Below, in pieces: positions 23,330-32,563 of a stretch of DNA of 64,000 nucleotides. The position numbers were made by a program, and so were the translations under genes. A model generated the notes under the pieces. That model was not told the DNA's origin and ran no database searches. It was given only the letters and a program-made list of their open reading frames with translations. Numbering within the stretch: position 1 is the first letter of the stretch; each line of letters starts with the position of its first letter. The stretch is from the sequence record PP355091.1; one strand, given 5' to 3'. Origin of the DNA: Escherichia phage 235Ecol030PP.

Positions 23330-24424
23330 ATGGCAATTGTTAAAGAAATAACTGCTGATTTAATTAAAAAGTCCGGTGAGAAAATTTCAGCTGGACAGAG
23401 TACTAAATCAGAAGTAGGAACTAAAACATACACAGCCCAGTTTCCAACTGGGCGTGCTAGTGGTAATGACACTACAGGGGACTTCCAGGTAACAGATCTA
23501 TATAAGAATGGATTATTATTTACTGCATACAATATGTCATCTAGGGATTCTGGAAGTCTTAGATCGATGAGATCTAACTACTCTTCTTCATCTTCGAGTA
23601 TTTTACGTACAGCCAAAAACACTATTAGTAGTACAGTATCAAAACTATCAAATGGATTAATATCAAATAATAATTCAGGAACAATAAGTAAAGCTCCTAT
23701 CGCAAACATTCTTTTACCGAGATCTAAATCTGATGTTGATACATCAACACATAGATTTAATGATGTTCAAGAAAGCCTTATCAGTAGAGGCGGAGGTACT
23801 GCTACTGGTGTGCTAAGTAATATTGCTTCAACCGCAGTATTTGGGGCACTGGAAAGTATAACACAAGGTATAATGGCTGATAATAATGAACAGATTTATA
23901 CGACAGCCAGAAGTATGTATGGTGGTGCTGAAAATAGAACTAAAGTGTTTACATGGGATTTAACTCCACGTTCAACAGAAGATTTAATGGCTATTATTAA
24001 TATCTATCAATATTTTAACTATTTTTCTTACGGTGAAACGGGTAAATCTCAATATGCTGCTGAAATAAAGGGGTATTTAGATGATTGGTATCGTTCTACG
24101 TTAATTGAACCTTTATCTCCGGAAGACGCAGCTAAAAATAAAACACTATTTGAGAAAATGACATCGAGTTTAACTAACGTTCTAGTAGTTTCAAACCCGA
24201 CAGTTTGGATGGTGAAAAACTTTGGCGCAACATCTAAGTTTGATGGAAAAACGGAAATATTTGGTCCATGCCAAATACAGAGCATCAGATTTGATAAAAC
24301 ACCTAATGGTAACTTTAACGGATTAGCTATTGCTCCAAACCTCCCTAGTACATTTACTCTCGAGATTACTATGAGAGAAATTATCACGTTAAACCGTGCT
24401 TCTTTATATGCGGGGACTTTTTAA
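23330..24424 (+). CDS. 48: baseplate tail tube cap
   Basis: 364 aa; synteny. Confidence 0.9.
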   Translation: MAIVKEITADLIKKSGEKISAGQSTKSEVGTKTYTAQFPTGRASGNDTTGDFQVTDLYKNGLLFTAYNMSSRDSGSLRSMRSNYSSSSSSILRTAKNTISSTVSKLSNGLISNNNSGTISKAPIANILLPRSKSDVDTSTHRFNDVQESLISRGGGTATGVLSNIASTAVFGALESITQGIMADNNEQIYTTARSMYGGAENRTKVFTWDLTPRSTEDLMAIINIYQYFNYFSYGETGKSQYAAEIKGYLDDWYRSTLIEPLSPEDAAKNKTLFEKMTSSLTNVLVVSNPTVWMVKNFGATSKFDGKTEIFGPCQIQSIRFDKTPNGNFNGLAIAPNLPSTFTLEITMREIITLNRASLYAGTF

Positions 24425-25389
24425 TGTATTCTTTAGAGGAATTTAATAATCAAGCAATAAACGCAGATTTCCAACGTAATAATATGTTTAGCTGCGTTTT
24501 TGCAACAACTCCATCAACTAAAAGCTCTTCGTTGATAAGTTCAATTAGCAACTTTTCTTATAATAACTTGGGCCTAAATTCAAATTGGTTAGGATTAACT
24601 CAAGGTGATATTAATCAGGGAATTACCACGCTAATTACAGCTGGCACACAAAAACTGATAAGAAAATCAAGGGTTAGTAAATATCTTATTGGTGCCATGA
24701 GTCAACGCACAGTTCAAAGTTTATTAGGCTCATTTACAGTTGGTACATATTTAATTGACTTCTTTAACATGGCATATAACTCATCTGGATTGATGATATA
24801 CTCTGTAAAAATGCCAGAGAATAGATTATCCTATGAAACTGACTGGAACTATAATTCTCCTAATATTCGTATAACTGGGAGAGAATTAGACCCTTTGGTT
24901 ATTTCATTTAGAATGGATTCAGAAGCTTGTAACTATCGTGCAATGCAAGACTGGGTTAACGCTGTTCAAGACCCAGTAACTGGACTGCGTGCTTTGCCAC
25001 AAGATGTCGAGGCAGATATTCAGGTTAATCTTCATTCTCGTAATGGATTGCCTCATACTGCGGTGATGTTCACCGGATGCATTCCAATATCAGTGAGCGC
25101 TCCTGAGCTATCATATGATGGAGATAACCAAATAACTACATTTGATGTTACTTTTGCGTACAGAGTGATGCAGGCTGGAGCAGTTGATAGGCAAGCTGCG
25201 CTTGAATGGCTTGAATCTGCTGCTATAAATGGTATTCAAAGCGTTCTCGGAAATAGTGGAGGTGTTACTGGACTATCTAATTCGCTTTCACGACTCAGTA
25301 GATTAGGTGGAACTGCAGGAAGCATTTCAAACATTAATACTATGACAGGAATTGTCAATTCGCAAAGTAAAATATTAGGAGCAATATAA
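24424..25389 (+). CDS. 54: baseplate tail tube initiator
   Basis: 321 aa; ATGA overlap with gene 48. Confidence 0.9.
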   Translation: MYSLEEFNNQAINADFQRNNMFSCVFATTPSTKSSSLISSISNFSYNNLGLNSNWLGLTQGDINQGITTLITAGTQKLIRKSRVSKYLIGAMSQRTVQSLLGSFTVGTYLIDFFNMAYNSSGLMIYSVKMPENRLSYETDWNYNSPNIRITGRELDPLVISFRMDSEACNYRAMQDWVNAVQDPVTGLRALPQDVEADIQVNLHSRNGLPHTAVMFTGCIPISVSAPELSYDGDNQITTFDVTFAYRVMQAGAVDRQAALEWLESAAINGIQSVLGNSGGVTGLSNSLSRLSRLGGTAGSISNINTMTGIVNSQSKILGAI

Positions 25390-25392
25390 CAA

Positions 25393-25412
25393 TGGGGACC
25401 TTTCGGTCCCCA
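25393..25412. terminator. bidirectional terminator between gene 54 (+) and alt.-3-like ORF (-)
   Basis: TGGGGACC TTTC GGTCCCCA then TATTTTTATTT. Confidence 0.65.
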
Positions 25413-25417
25413 TATTT

Positions 25418-25708
25418 TTATTTACGGAATGAAATGAAAGCAGCAACTGAAGCAACTAAACTGTCTTCAATATAAACTTCAATTTTTACCGGAGCTTCTG
25501 ACTCAAATTTACCTGTTACTACACCCTGAAAAATACTTTCAGTCTGTTCTGGCTTTGAAAAATTTTCAGAAGGAAAAATTCCAAACTTTTTATCTGTTCC
25601 GAAAATTTTGATAAATTCATCATAAACCGCTTCGTTAAAAGCATTATCAGCAGGAATAACGCCTTCAACTACAAGTTCTTGACCTAAAAAGCGTAAAGAA
25701 GATTTCAT
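25418..25708 (-). CDS. hypothetical protein (position of T4 alt.-3)
   Basis: 96-aa ORF, GAGGA SD, directly downstream of a conserved early promoter. Confidence 0.6.
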   Translation of the reverse strand: MKSSLRFLGQELVVEGVIPADNAFNEAVYDEFIKIFGTDKKFGIFPSENFSKPEQTESIFQGVVTGKFESEAPVKIEVYIEDSLVASVAAFISFRK

Positions 25709-25715
25709 TTTGTGT

Positions 25716-25769
25716 TCCTCATGTTATGTCAGTAAGACTACTATAACACAACACGAGGGACTTGTAAAC
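25716..25769 (-). repeat. 54-bp early promoter/leader repeat, copy 1
   Basis: Differs at 2 of 54 positions from the copy at 39555..39608. Confidence 0.85.
25740..25769 (-). promoter_or_regulatory. early promoter: -35 GTTTAC, 18-nt spacer, extended -10 TGtTATAGT
   Basis: Minus strand GTTTACAAGTCCCTCGTGTTGTGTTATAGT, then GAGGA SD and alt.-3-like ORF. Confidence 0.65.
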
Positions 25770-25904
25770 TACATTTTGAACTTTTTAGTACGCGTAATAG
25801 GCATGCGTCGATTTTATACTGTTTCATTGTTTGAAGAGCAGTATCAAAACAGCATTAATGACACCAATTGGATTTCCACCCAAGTTTTTAAGCTTAACTA
25901 ATGA

Positions 25905-26128
25905 TAGTTTCTCATTAACACCTATCATTACGATATGCATCATTTTGTCGCCTGGTTTAACGTTTTATCTGTATCACCGCCAGAGGTGTATGTACAAAAT
26001 CTAAATCCAGGAAGCACGCTTTCTTCGCCGGCTTGAATAGCAAAAATTTGAGGTATTTTATGCTTAGGATTTAAGTTAACAACCGGCGCCGAAGCGCCGT
26101 CAAATAATTATGTAATAAGTTCCATGAT
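25905..26128 (-). pseudogene. decayed duplicate of the 5' end of alt (region of T4 alt.-1/alt.-2)
   Basis: Minus strand reads ATG GAA CTT ATT ACA TAA ..., parallel to alt start MELITELFDE...NLNPKKKIPQIF, with a stop at codon 6 and later frameshift; begins 3 nt after the alt stop. Confidence 0.6.
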
Positions 26129-28177
26129 TTATCCTTGAACGAACTTGTAAGGCATGTTTGCAATATCTATGCAAGACGCAATAATTCCAAGAGATGATTC
26201 TACTTTCTGTTTAACATTTGATGAAACAAATGATGCAAAGTCAACTCTATCTTCTATATCACCTGTCATTGTAACCAATTCACCAGTTTCCATTAAATGG
26301 TCTCCGTCATAGATTACCGATTCGGTGAGTTCTTCTGTGGTCATAACTTCAGCTTGAATAAGCTTGTTGTTAGTTCTAACTGTTCCATCGTTGTAAGATG
26401 CATCGGTTATTTTATTAACTTTGACCATTAATCCACGTGGCAAAATGACTTCCATTTCATTTGAAGGCGCTAAACTTCCACCGGGTAAAACAACATTGAC
26501 CTTATCAGCCCCAGTAATAACCCATCCAATTCCAACTAAATTATCGCTAGAATTTACTAGTCCTTCATCAGTTTTATCAATAGAAACACTTAGACGCTTT
26601 TCGTCTGGTAAAACACCTATAGATGAATCAGTCATCCAAGTACCAAAAATATTTGGATATAATGATGTTGACACAAAGTTTCTAAAATAAAAAACTCGAT
26701 TTTTTACCATTGCTTCATATATTGAAGGTAACATTCGTTGTGAACGATACAAAGTAATACCTTTTGGTAATCGTTCACCATTTTTAAAGGCTGAATCTAA
26801 ATTATCAATGGCTTGTTCTATTTCAGGTGCTGTTAAAATACTTGTACGCTCATCTGGATTATATAATCCCAAAAGAGCATTATTTATGTCTACATATCCT
26901 GAACCTACATATTCACGAATTCCGCGTTTTTGCGCTGGCGTGTATTTAGATGAATCTTTATTTTCGACTATAGGATGTAATGACCATCCAGCGGTAAGAG
27001 CATATCCACGTAATTCTCTTCGAATAATCTTTGTTTTTATTGCATTCCAAGAATTTTGTACTAACTCATTTGCAGCATCTTGGTTTAAATGCGAATGTCT
27101 GTTAATATTTCTTTCAAACCAGGCACCTTTATATTTTTCTAAAGTATCATCGACGATAGAAGCAATAGTTTCTAAAGTTTTTATTGAAGTAATAGATTCT
27201 TTTCGTAATTTTTCTAAAGCTTTATTTTTTATTTCTGCATTAATAATGGATTCTTTATCTTCAGGAATTATAGAAGCTTCTCTGAATGCCATCCCAGCTG
27301 TAACACTGCTAAGAGCATTCTCTAGTGCAAATCCTGAAGTAGAAATTACCGTTAATTCATTAGAATCAGAAATTAAAGGCGCGTCCGCTGGTTTATTTAA
27401 TTCTGCCGCTGAAGCCTCAAATTTTTGAAACATCGGTGTTTCAAATCTAGAAGATTCCAATGACTGACTTTGTGCAATTGCTCTACGGGAAATTTTAACT
27501 TTAACGATTACAGCTTGGTCAGAACGTTTATCATTTTCTTGCGCAATAGATGCTGCAATTGCCTCATTTTTAGTTACTTGGGCTCCAGTATCTTTATTGA
27601 TATAAACATCACCGACCTTCGATTCAACTTTAGTAAAGAGCTCGGTACTAATTTCCGGAACTCCTGGAATGTCTTCTAGTGATACATTTTTGCGATGTAT
27701 AAGAATATATGCATACTTTTTATCATAATCCCAGAGTTCCTTAAGAAGGACGTATCTGCCACCTGAACGACTACGGATAAGTCTATCAGCAATAACTTGA
27801 ATTTGTCGAGCTTGACCAGCGGTTTTAGACTTAAGAATACGAAGCATACAGGCATCAATTTTATACTGACGCATCGTTTGCATTGCAACAGTAAAAACTG
27901 AATTGATATAATTAATTGGGCTTGGACCAAGACCTTTCAATTTAGCAATTGAACCTTTAGCGGTTAATGTAAAAGGAACAATATGCATCATTTTATCGCC
28001 CATCTTTAAATCACGATTAGTATCACCTCCAGATGTATAGGTACATAAACGAAAGCCTGGTTGTTCAATTGCGTCATCAACATGAACTGAAAAAATTTGC
28101 GGTATTTTCTTCTTTGGATTTAAGTTTGTAATCGGAAGAGTAGTATCTTCGTCAAATAATTCTGTAATTAGTTCCAT
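26129..28177 (-). CDS. alt: ADP-ribosyltransferase Alt (virion-packaged)
   Basis: 682 aa from second ATG (GAGGA SD spacing); TATTTATA on plus = late promoter on minus at 28203-28210. Confidence 0.9.
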   Translation of the reverse strand: MELITELFDEDTTLPITNLNPKKKIPQIFSVHVDDAIEQPGFRLCTYTSGGDTNRDLKMGDKMMHIVPFTLTAKGSIAKLKGLGPSPINYINSVFTVAMQTMRQYKIDACMLRILKSKTAGQARQIQVIADRLIRSRSGGRYVLLKELWDYDKKYAYILIHRKNVSLEDIPGVPEISTELFTKVESKVGDVYINKDTGAQVTKNEAIAASIAQENDKRSDQAVIVKVKISRRAIAQSQSLESSRFETPMFQKFEASAAELNKPADAPLISDSNELTVISTSGFALENALSSVTAGMAFREASIIPEDKESIINAEIKNKALEKLRKESITSIKTLETIASIVDDTLEKYKGAWFERNINRHSHLNQDAANELVQNSWNAIKTKIIRRELRGYALTAGWSLHPIVENKDSSKYTPAQKRGIREYVGSGYVDINNALLGLYNPDERTSILTAPEIEQAIDNLDSAFKNGERLPKGITLYRSQRMLPSIYEAMVKNRVFYFRNFVSTSLYPNIFGTWMTDSSIGVLPDEKRLSVSIDKTDEGLVNSSDNLVGIGWVITGADKVNVVLPGGSLAPSNEMEVILPRGLMVKVNKITDASYNDGTVRTNNKLIQAEVMTTEELTESVIYDGDHLMETGELVTMTGDIEDRVDFASFVSSNVKQKVESSLGIIASCIDIANMPYKFVQG

Positions 28178-28202
28178 CATATCCTCTCTAGTGTGTTTAT
28201 TC

Positions 28203-28210
28203 TATTTATA
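28203..28210 (-). promoter_or_regulatory. late promoter (minus strand) for alt
   Basis: Plus strand TATTTATA about 25 nt upstream of alt start. Confidence 0.6.
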
Positions 28211-28215
28211 AAATT

Positions 28216-28233
28216 AAAGGCCCGAAGGCCTTT
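28216..28233 (-). terminator. terminator after ligase-distal ORF (UUCG loop on minus strand)
   Basis: Minus strand AAAGGCC UUCG GGCCUUU then AAUUUUAU. Confidence 0.55.
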
Positions 28234-28420
28234 AGTAATCTAGCGGTAAGAGAGTACGATATATTTCAAACTTTGGTCCTTTTTCATAGGCATCAAATGT
28301 TTCTGTGAATTTATTATAAGCGTATGCATCTACAAATTCGAGAATGACTTGTGATACAGAAGTAGAAACATCTCCACCTTCTTTTTGAGCAATGACAATT
28401 GTTTCTAAGTAAGCTTTCAT
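28232..28420 (-). CDS. hypothetical 62-aa protein
   Basis: ATG overlaps ligase stop (ATGA); hairpin at its 3' end. Confidence 0.5.
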   Translation of the reverse strand: MKAYLETIVIAQKEGGDVSTSVSQVILEFVDAYAYNKFTETFDAYEKGPKFEIYRTLLPLDY

Positions 28421-29880
28421 AGACCAGTTACCTCATGAAAATCACCAAATACATCTTCGAATGTATTAGCTTTAGTTTTATCTTCGCGTAAACGAATCGC
28501 AATCGGAAGAAATAATTTAACGTAATCAGTGCGGCCATCAGATTTTAACCAACCGTTGCATTCGCACTCTAGAATTTTTCCAATATAATAATTTTGGTTT
28601 TCCATAATGCGAGTACGGTCAAGTTCATGCGATTTTACACCGGCTTTATCTTTTAAGCCTGAACCAGCATTTACCTTAATTTTTCCACACTCTGACTCAA
28701 GAATAAATCCACCTGCTTTAGTAGGGTCTTTACGGTGAGGATAAATTCCTACAATTTTTAAATCAACATCAATTACTTCTTTAAATTTATAGAGATTTTT
28801 TGAACGAGCATTTTCCCATAATCCATCGATATTTTTGAGAATAATACCTTCAAGACCTTGGTCAATATACTTTTTATAAATTACCTTAGCTTCATCTAGG
28901 TTATTTACTACCTGGTTTTCAATTAAAATTACTTTATCATAGCCTGATGTCATTTGTTCTAGTTTAGAAAAACGTACATCATACTTTAAACGAAATGCAG
29001 GAAGACCATATATTTCTACTAATGGAACATAATCCCAGACCTGAAACTTCATGCATTGTGCTTCTTTTTCAGAAATGGTTCCCTTTAAAGATTTATTAGC
29101 GATTCCATTAGAAGTAGTACGTGATTCAGCTACTTCGGCGAATTCTTTGGCTTTACTAATTTCAGGATAAGCATCAAAAAGAAAATCTAGGCCTTCTGGC
29201 TCCTTTTTAACTTGCTCATGGTATACCAATTCGCCATCAATTAACACGCCTTCTGGATGAATCTGGCGGGCTTCAGTGGTCATTTTGATTAATTCTTCCT
29301 TAAGAAGATCTAATCCTAGATATTCATTACCGGCTCGTGATAAAAGACGAACATCATCTAATTCATCACCTCTGACTTCGGCAAAGCACCGAGCCCCATC
29401 AGCTTTTAACTGAGCAAAGGCTGGAAATTTGATATTCTTATTAATGCCTTTTTCATCATAAGAACTTGCAAGCATTTGAGGTTGTTCAGGAATTAAACCT
29501 GGCCAAACTTTGTTTGCAATAGATACTGAAGCACCACATTCAAGGTCTCGCATCATCACTCGACGCAAAACTTCAACATCATCTTTTTTACCGTCAGTAA
29601 TATATCCAGTTAATTCCTCAATTGCCACATTTCCAGTCAATTTCCGAGTAGCTAATGTGAATTCAATGAAGTCAAGCATATCGGTAAGAGTCAACATTCC
29701 AAAACTCTGGGTAGCAATACCAGGTTTAGGCCATTTCTTGATATAATACTGCAACCCACGAGAATAAGTCAGACGATATACTCGTTTAAGCAATTCATTA
29801 TCTTTATTCTTTTCAAGAATTGCTTGCTTCTGCTTAGTTGAACCAATAGATGCTATTTCGTTCAGAATTTTAAGAATCAT
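28417..29880 (-). CDS. 30: ATP-dependent DNA ligase
   Basis: 487 aa as T4 ligase; adenylation motif KADGAR. Confidence 0.95.
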   Translation of the reverse strand: MILKILNEIASIGSTKQKQAILEKNKDNELLKRVYRLTYSRGLQYYIKKWPKPGIATQSFGMLTLTDMLDFIEFTLATRKLTGNVAIEELTGYITDGKKDDVEVLRRVMMRDLECGASVSIANKVWPGLIPEQPQMLASSYDEKGINKNIKFPAFAQLKADGARCFAEVRGDELDDVRLLSRAGNEYLGLDLLKEELIKMTTEARQIHPEGVLIDGELVYHEQVKKEPEGLDFLFDAYPEISKAKEFAEVAESRTTSNGIANKSLKGTISEKEAQCMKFQVWDYVPLVEIYGLPAFRLKYDVRFSKLEQMTSGYDKVILIENQVVNNLDEAKVIYKKYIDQGLEGIILKNIDGLWENARSKNLYKFKEVIDVDLKIVGIYPHRKDPTKAGGFILESECGKIKVNAGSGLKDKAGVKSHELDRTRIMENQNYYIGKILECECNGWLKSDGRTDYVKLFLPIAIRLREDKTKANTFEDVFGDFHEVTGL

Positions 29881-30146
29881 TATTCATCCTTCAGAGTTTG
29901 GTTTACAGCTCTATTATAAATCAATTCATCATTAAGCTCAGTCAAAGACTTATGATATGTGGTTCTAACTTTATTTCCTTGCATCCAGTGCTTGATATAA
30001 ATGAAACCTTGCTCTACGCATTTTTTAAAAATTCGTTCGTCTTTTTGAGATCGGAATTCTGGATTGCATCTAAAAAATTGATTTACGTGACCGTAATCAC
30101 GTGTAGTATTACCTTCATTTTCATAAATAGTGTGAACAACAAACAT
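29880..30146 (-). CDS. hypothetical 88-aa protein (T4 30.x cluster)
   Basis: ATG start, abuts ligase start. Confidence 0.55.
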   Translation of the reverse strand: MFVVHTIYENEGNTTRDYGHVNQFFRCNPEFRSQKDERIFKKCVEQGFIYIKHWMQGNKVRTTYHKSLTELNDELIYNRAVNQTLKDE

Positions 30147-30985
30147 TAGAATGCTCCTTGGAAAATATTATCACCACAAGTAGGTCTATTATACAAATAC
30201 TCTATACCGCCGGGTTTAATATAGTTCCATGTCTGAAACGGATGTGTCTGATATGGATGATATAGATGATTATAAGGATTAAATCCAGGAGTTCTCCAGG
30301 TAGTGTTCCAAGGAAAAGAATCGTTTTTAATCATCTTTTCAATTACATCTTTTATAGCTTTTTCACTATCAAAACTTTCTTTATTTTCCTTTGGTGAAAA
30401 AAGCTTATTCTCTACATCGTTCCATGTATAAACTCGCTGAGCAGTTTTTGGAATACTGTCACGTTCCCCTCGAGCCATCCAATAAACAGGAACACTTAAT
30501 ATTTCACTCGCGTGATCGCAGTGGTGAGCGAGATCGTCAATATAACAAATTACGTTATATTTCTCTTTTGCCTTTTTGAACAACTCTTCTTTTGAAGAAT
30601 CATGACCACACATCAGTACTTCTGAGAAGGCACCAGGAAAAAGAGCATTCAAATTAAATTGACGATTCAGCAGAGCGTCAATAGAATCACCCAATGCTGT
30701 AACAGCTACAAAATTATAATCTTCTTTTAATTTGTTAATTACACACAGGGCATCTTTATATGGCGACAAGTAACGAATAAAATCTGAACGATTGTATTTT
30801 TCAATTAACTTGACGCCAAGTTCTTCATCACAATTAAAAAGTTTACCAGGAGAAATAAATTTTTCATCTTGGATCATTTTTAAAATATGTTCCAACGGAA
30901 GATTATATTTCTGAGCAAAATAAGGAAGGCCTGATTGCCAGCTTAAACATACTCCATCAATATCAGTTAAAATAGTAGGCTTCAT
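30146..30985 (-). CDS. 279-aa protein with N-terminal HAD-like hydrolase signature (T4 30.2-like)
   Basis: N-terminal LTDIDGV resembles HAD motif I DxDG(T/V); later YIDD motif. Confidence 0.6.
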   Translation of the reverse strand: MKPTILTDIDGVCLSWQSGLPYFAQKYNLPLEHILKMIQDEKFISPGKLFNCDEELGVKLIEKYNRSDFIRYLSPYKDALCVINKLKEDYNFVAVTALGDSIDALLNRQFNLNALFPGAFSEVLMCGHDSSKEELFKKAKEKYNVICYIDDLAHHCDHASEILSVPVYWMARGERDSIPKTAQRVYTWNDVENKLFSPKENKESFDSEKAIKDVIEKMIKNDSFPWNTTWRTPGFNPYNHLYHPYQTHPFQTWNYIKPGGIEYLYNRPTCGDNIFQGAF

Positions 30986-31440
30986 AGAGAGTCTCTTAAT
31001 AGGTTTAACACATCAATAAATTCAGCTTCGGTTAGTATTGTATCATCTTTTGTTAGACCACTAGCCATGCTGTGCTTCAAAACTTTTCCTTTCGAGGCTT
31101 GTAATGCATCACGAAAGCCCTTGTTTTGGATCGCTGCTTCAAAATATGCATTTGTGTATAATTCTTTCCACGCCGGGGAGTATCTTGAAAACGGAACTCC
31201 AAGCCAGAAGAGGGTCCCACGGTCCTGAGCTCTAGCATAAGACCTTCCAGCTTGTTGGGCGGCAAGCCCGGATAACCCAAATATACGACGTTGTTGTTCA
31301 ACATTTTTCACCTTGCACCCTTGGAGGAATCCTTCAAGACCTCCAAATTGAATACCATCCATAACGAAAGGCCATTGGGCGAAATTACTTAATGCACATG
31401 ATGGCCACCTAAAATTGCTTCTAATCTCTAACTCAGACAT
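30982..31440 (-). CDS. NADAR / YbiA-like (DUF1768) domain protein (T4 30.3-like)
   Basis: LSNFAQWPFVMDG and following region resemble E. coli YbiA FSNFAAWPIKVDG; start set to ATG 31440 (track start is TTG). Confidence 0.6.
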   Translation of the reverse strand: MSELEIRSNFRWPSCALSNFAQWPFVMDGIQFGGLEGFLQGCKVKNVEQQRRIFGLSGLAAQQAGRSYARAQDRGTLFWLGVPFSRYSPAWKELYTNAYFEAAIQNKGFRDALQASKGKVLKHSMASGLTKDDTILTEAEFIDVLNLLRDSL

Positions 31441-31639
31441 TTTCAATGCTTATAATTTCAACATCAGCCCAATGACCATAGCAAGGAAGACAAAATTCAA
31501 CTGGCCAGTTAGGGTCCTTTTCTAATATAATAGACTCAACTCGTGGTTCTTCATGTTCATCAGTATATGGATTTTTATCTGTTACTTTATATGTGACCTT
31601 AATGTACTGAATTCCAAAAATCTTATTAATTATATTCAT
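31433..31639 (-). CDS. hypothetical 68-aa protein
   Basis: ATG start, packed ORF. Confidence 0.45.
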   Translation of the reverse strand: MNIINKIFGIQYIKVTYKVTDKNPYTDEHEEPRVESIILEKDPNWPVEFCLPCYGHWADVEIISIENV

Positions 31640-31833
31640 ACTAATTCCTTTAATCCGTAAATAGGAGATAATTCATCACCCATACGAAGGTCTTCATTTC
31701 CATCTACCCAGGAAACAATATAAGCCTCTTTTATTTGAATACCACTCCATTTAAATGGAGGTAGAACCTTAGAAATTAATCCAGGTATACCAACTCCCTT
31801 TAATTCAACAGTTTGACCTAAAAAGAATTTCAT
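31636..31833 (-). CDS. hypothetical 65-aa protein
   Basis: ATG start, ATGA-type overlap. Confidence 0.45.
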   Translation of the reverse strand: MKFFLGQTVELKGVGIPGLISKVLPPFKWSGIQIKEAYIVSWVDGNEDLRMGDELSPIYGLKELV

Positions 31834-32120
31834 TAGAACCTCATCTGAAAACCGTGCGATTTAACATTACCGCCATTAATATCAGAACTATTAATTTCAC
31901 GTGCAATTGAAGGGTCAATGTCAATTTCACGATTGAGTTTAGTGATAGCTAAAGTATCGCGCCCATTTACAGTACGAAACTCTAAAGGACAAACCACATC
32001 AACGTAGTTTTTAATCGATTCGCTAGTAGGTTGCAAATGTGCAGGAAGGTCTTTAGGTGCCTTTGAGAAAACAACTTCACAGAAATTTTTGCGGGTATCA
32101 AAATAAGTAGTCATAAACAT
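31833..32120 (-). CDS. hypothetical 95-aa protein
   Basis: ATG with GAGGA SD; UUCG hairpin just upstream. Confidence 0.5.
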   Translation of the reverse strand: MFMTTYFDTRKNFCEVVFSKAPKDLPAHLQPTSESIKNYVDVVCPLEFRTVNGRDTLAITKLNREIDIDPSIAREINSSDINGGNVKSHGFQMRF

Positions 32121-32136
32121 AATATTTTCCTCAATA

Positions 32137-32152
32137 GGGGGCCGAAGCCCCT
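32137..32152 (-). other. intercistronic UUCG hairpin
   Basis: Minus strand GGGGC UUCG GCCCC just upstream of the SD of ORF 31833..32120. Confidence 0.5.
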
Positions 32153-32161
32153 CATTTTATT

Positions 32162-32527
32162 TTAAATATCAAATTCGTTAAGAACTACATCAAAGATTGC
32201 TTCAAGATGCTCAGGTTTAGCTCTGTTACTCAGAATATGACGAATCCAAGTTTTAACCAAAAGCTTGCGATTAACGCCATTCCAGCAAGGATGAGTCCCT
32301 AAATCGCGTTGACGAAAATCATCATCCAGAGCGATTTTGAAGTTTGAACCTTCCATTGTGATTGAAACCGTGATTCCATTTTCAAATCGCATATAAACGT
32401 AATTAGGAGTCATATACTGCTCAATTTCGCATACTGATCCATTTTGATGTTTCCAAAGGCAAATAGTATCAATAGAACCTGCAATACCATTAGAAACATA
32501 TTTACGTTCAAAGTTGATGTAGTTCAT
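32162..32527 (-). CDS. hypothetical 121-aa protein
   Basis: Start moved to ATG 32527 (GGAG SD; track start is TTG); early promoter upstream. Confidence 0.5.
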   Translation of the reverse strand: MNYINFERKYVSNGIAGSIDTICLWKHQNGSVCEIEQYMTPNYVYMRFENGITVSITMEGSNFKIALDDDFRQRDLGTHPCWNGVNRKLLVKTWIRHILSNRAKPEHLEAIFDVVLNEFDI

Positions 32528-32563
32528 TTTATTCTCCAAGATGTTTAATTGCGGTACAGGTAT

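Noticed and set aside
25710-25901. 63-aa plus-strand ORF
   Set aside because: Lies across the minus-strand early promoter and leader; no Shine-Dalgarno; plus-strand coding is unlikely in this minus-strand early region.
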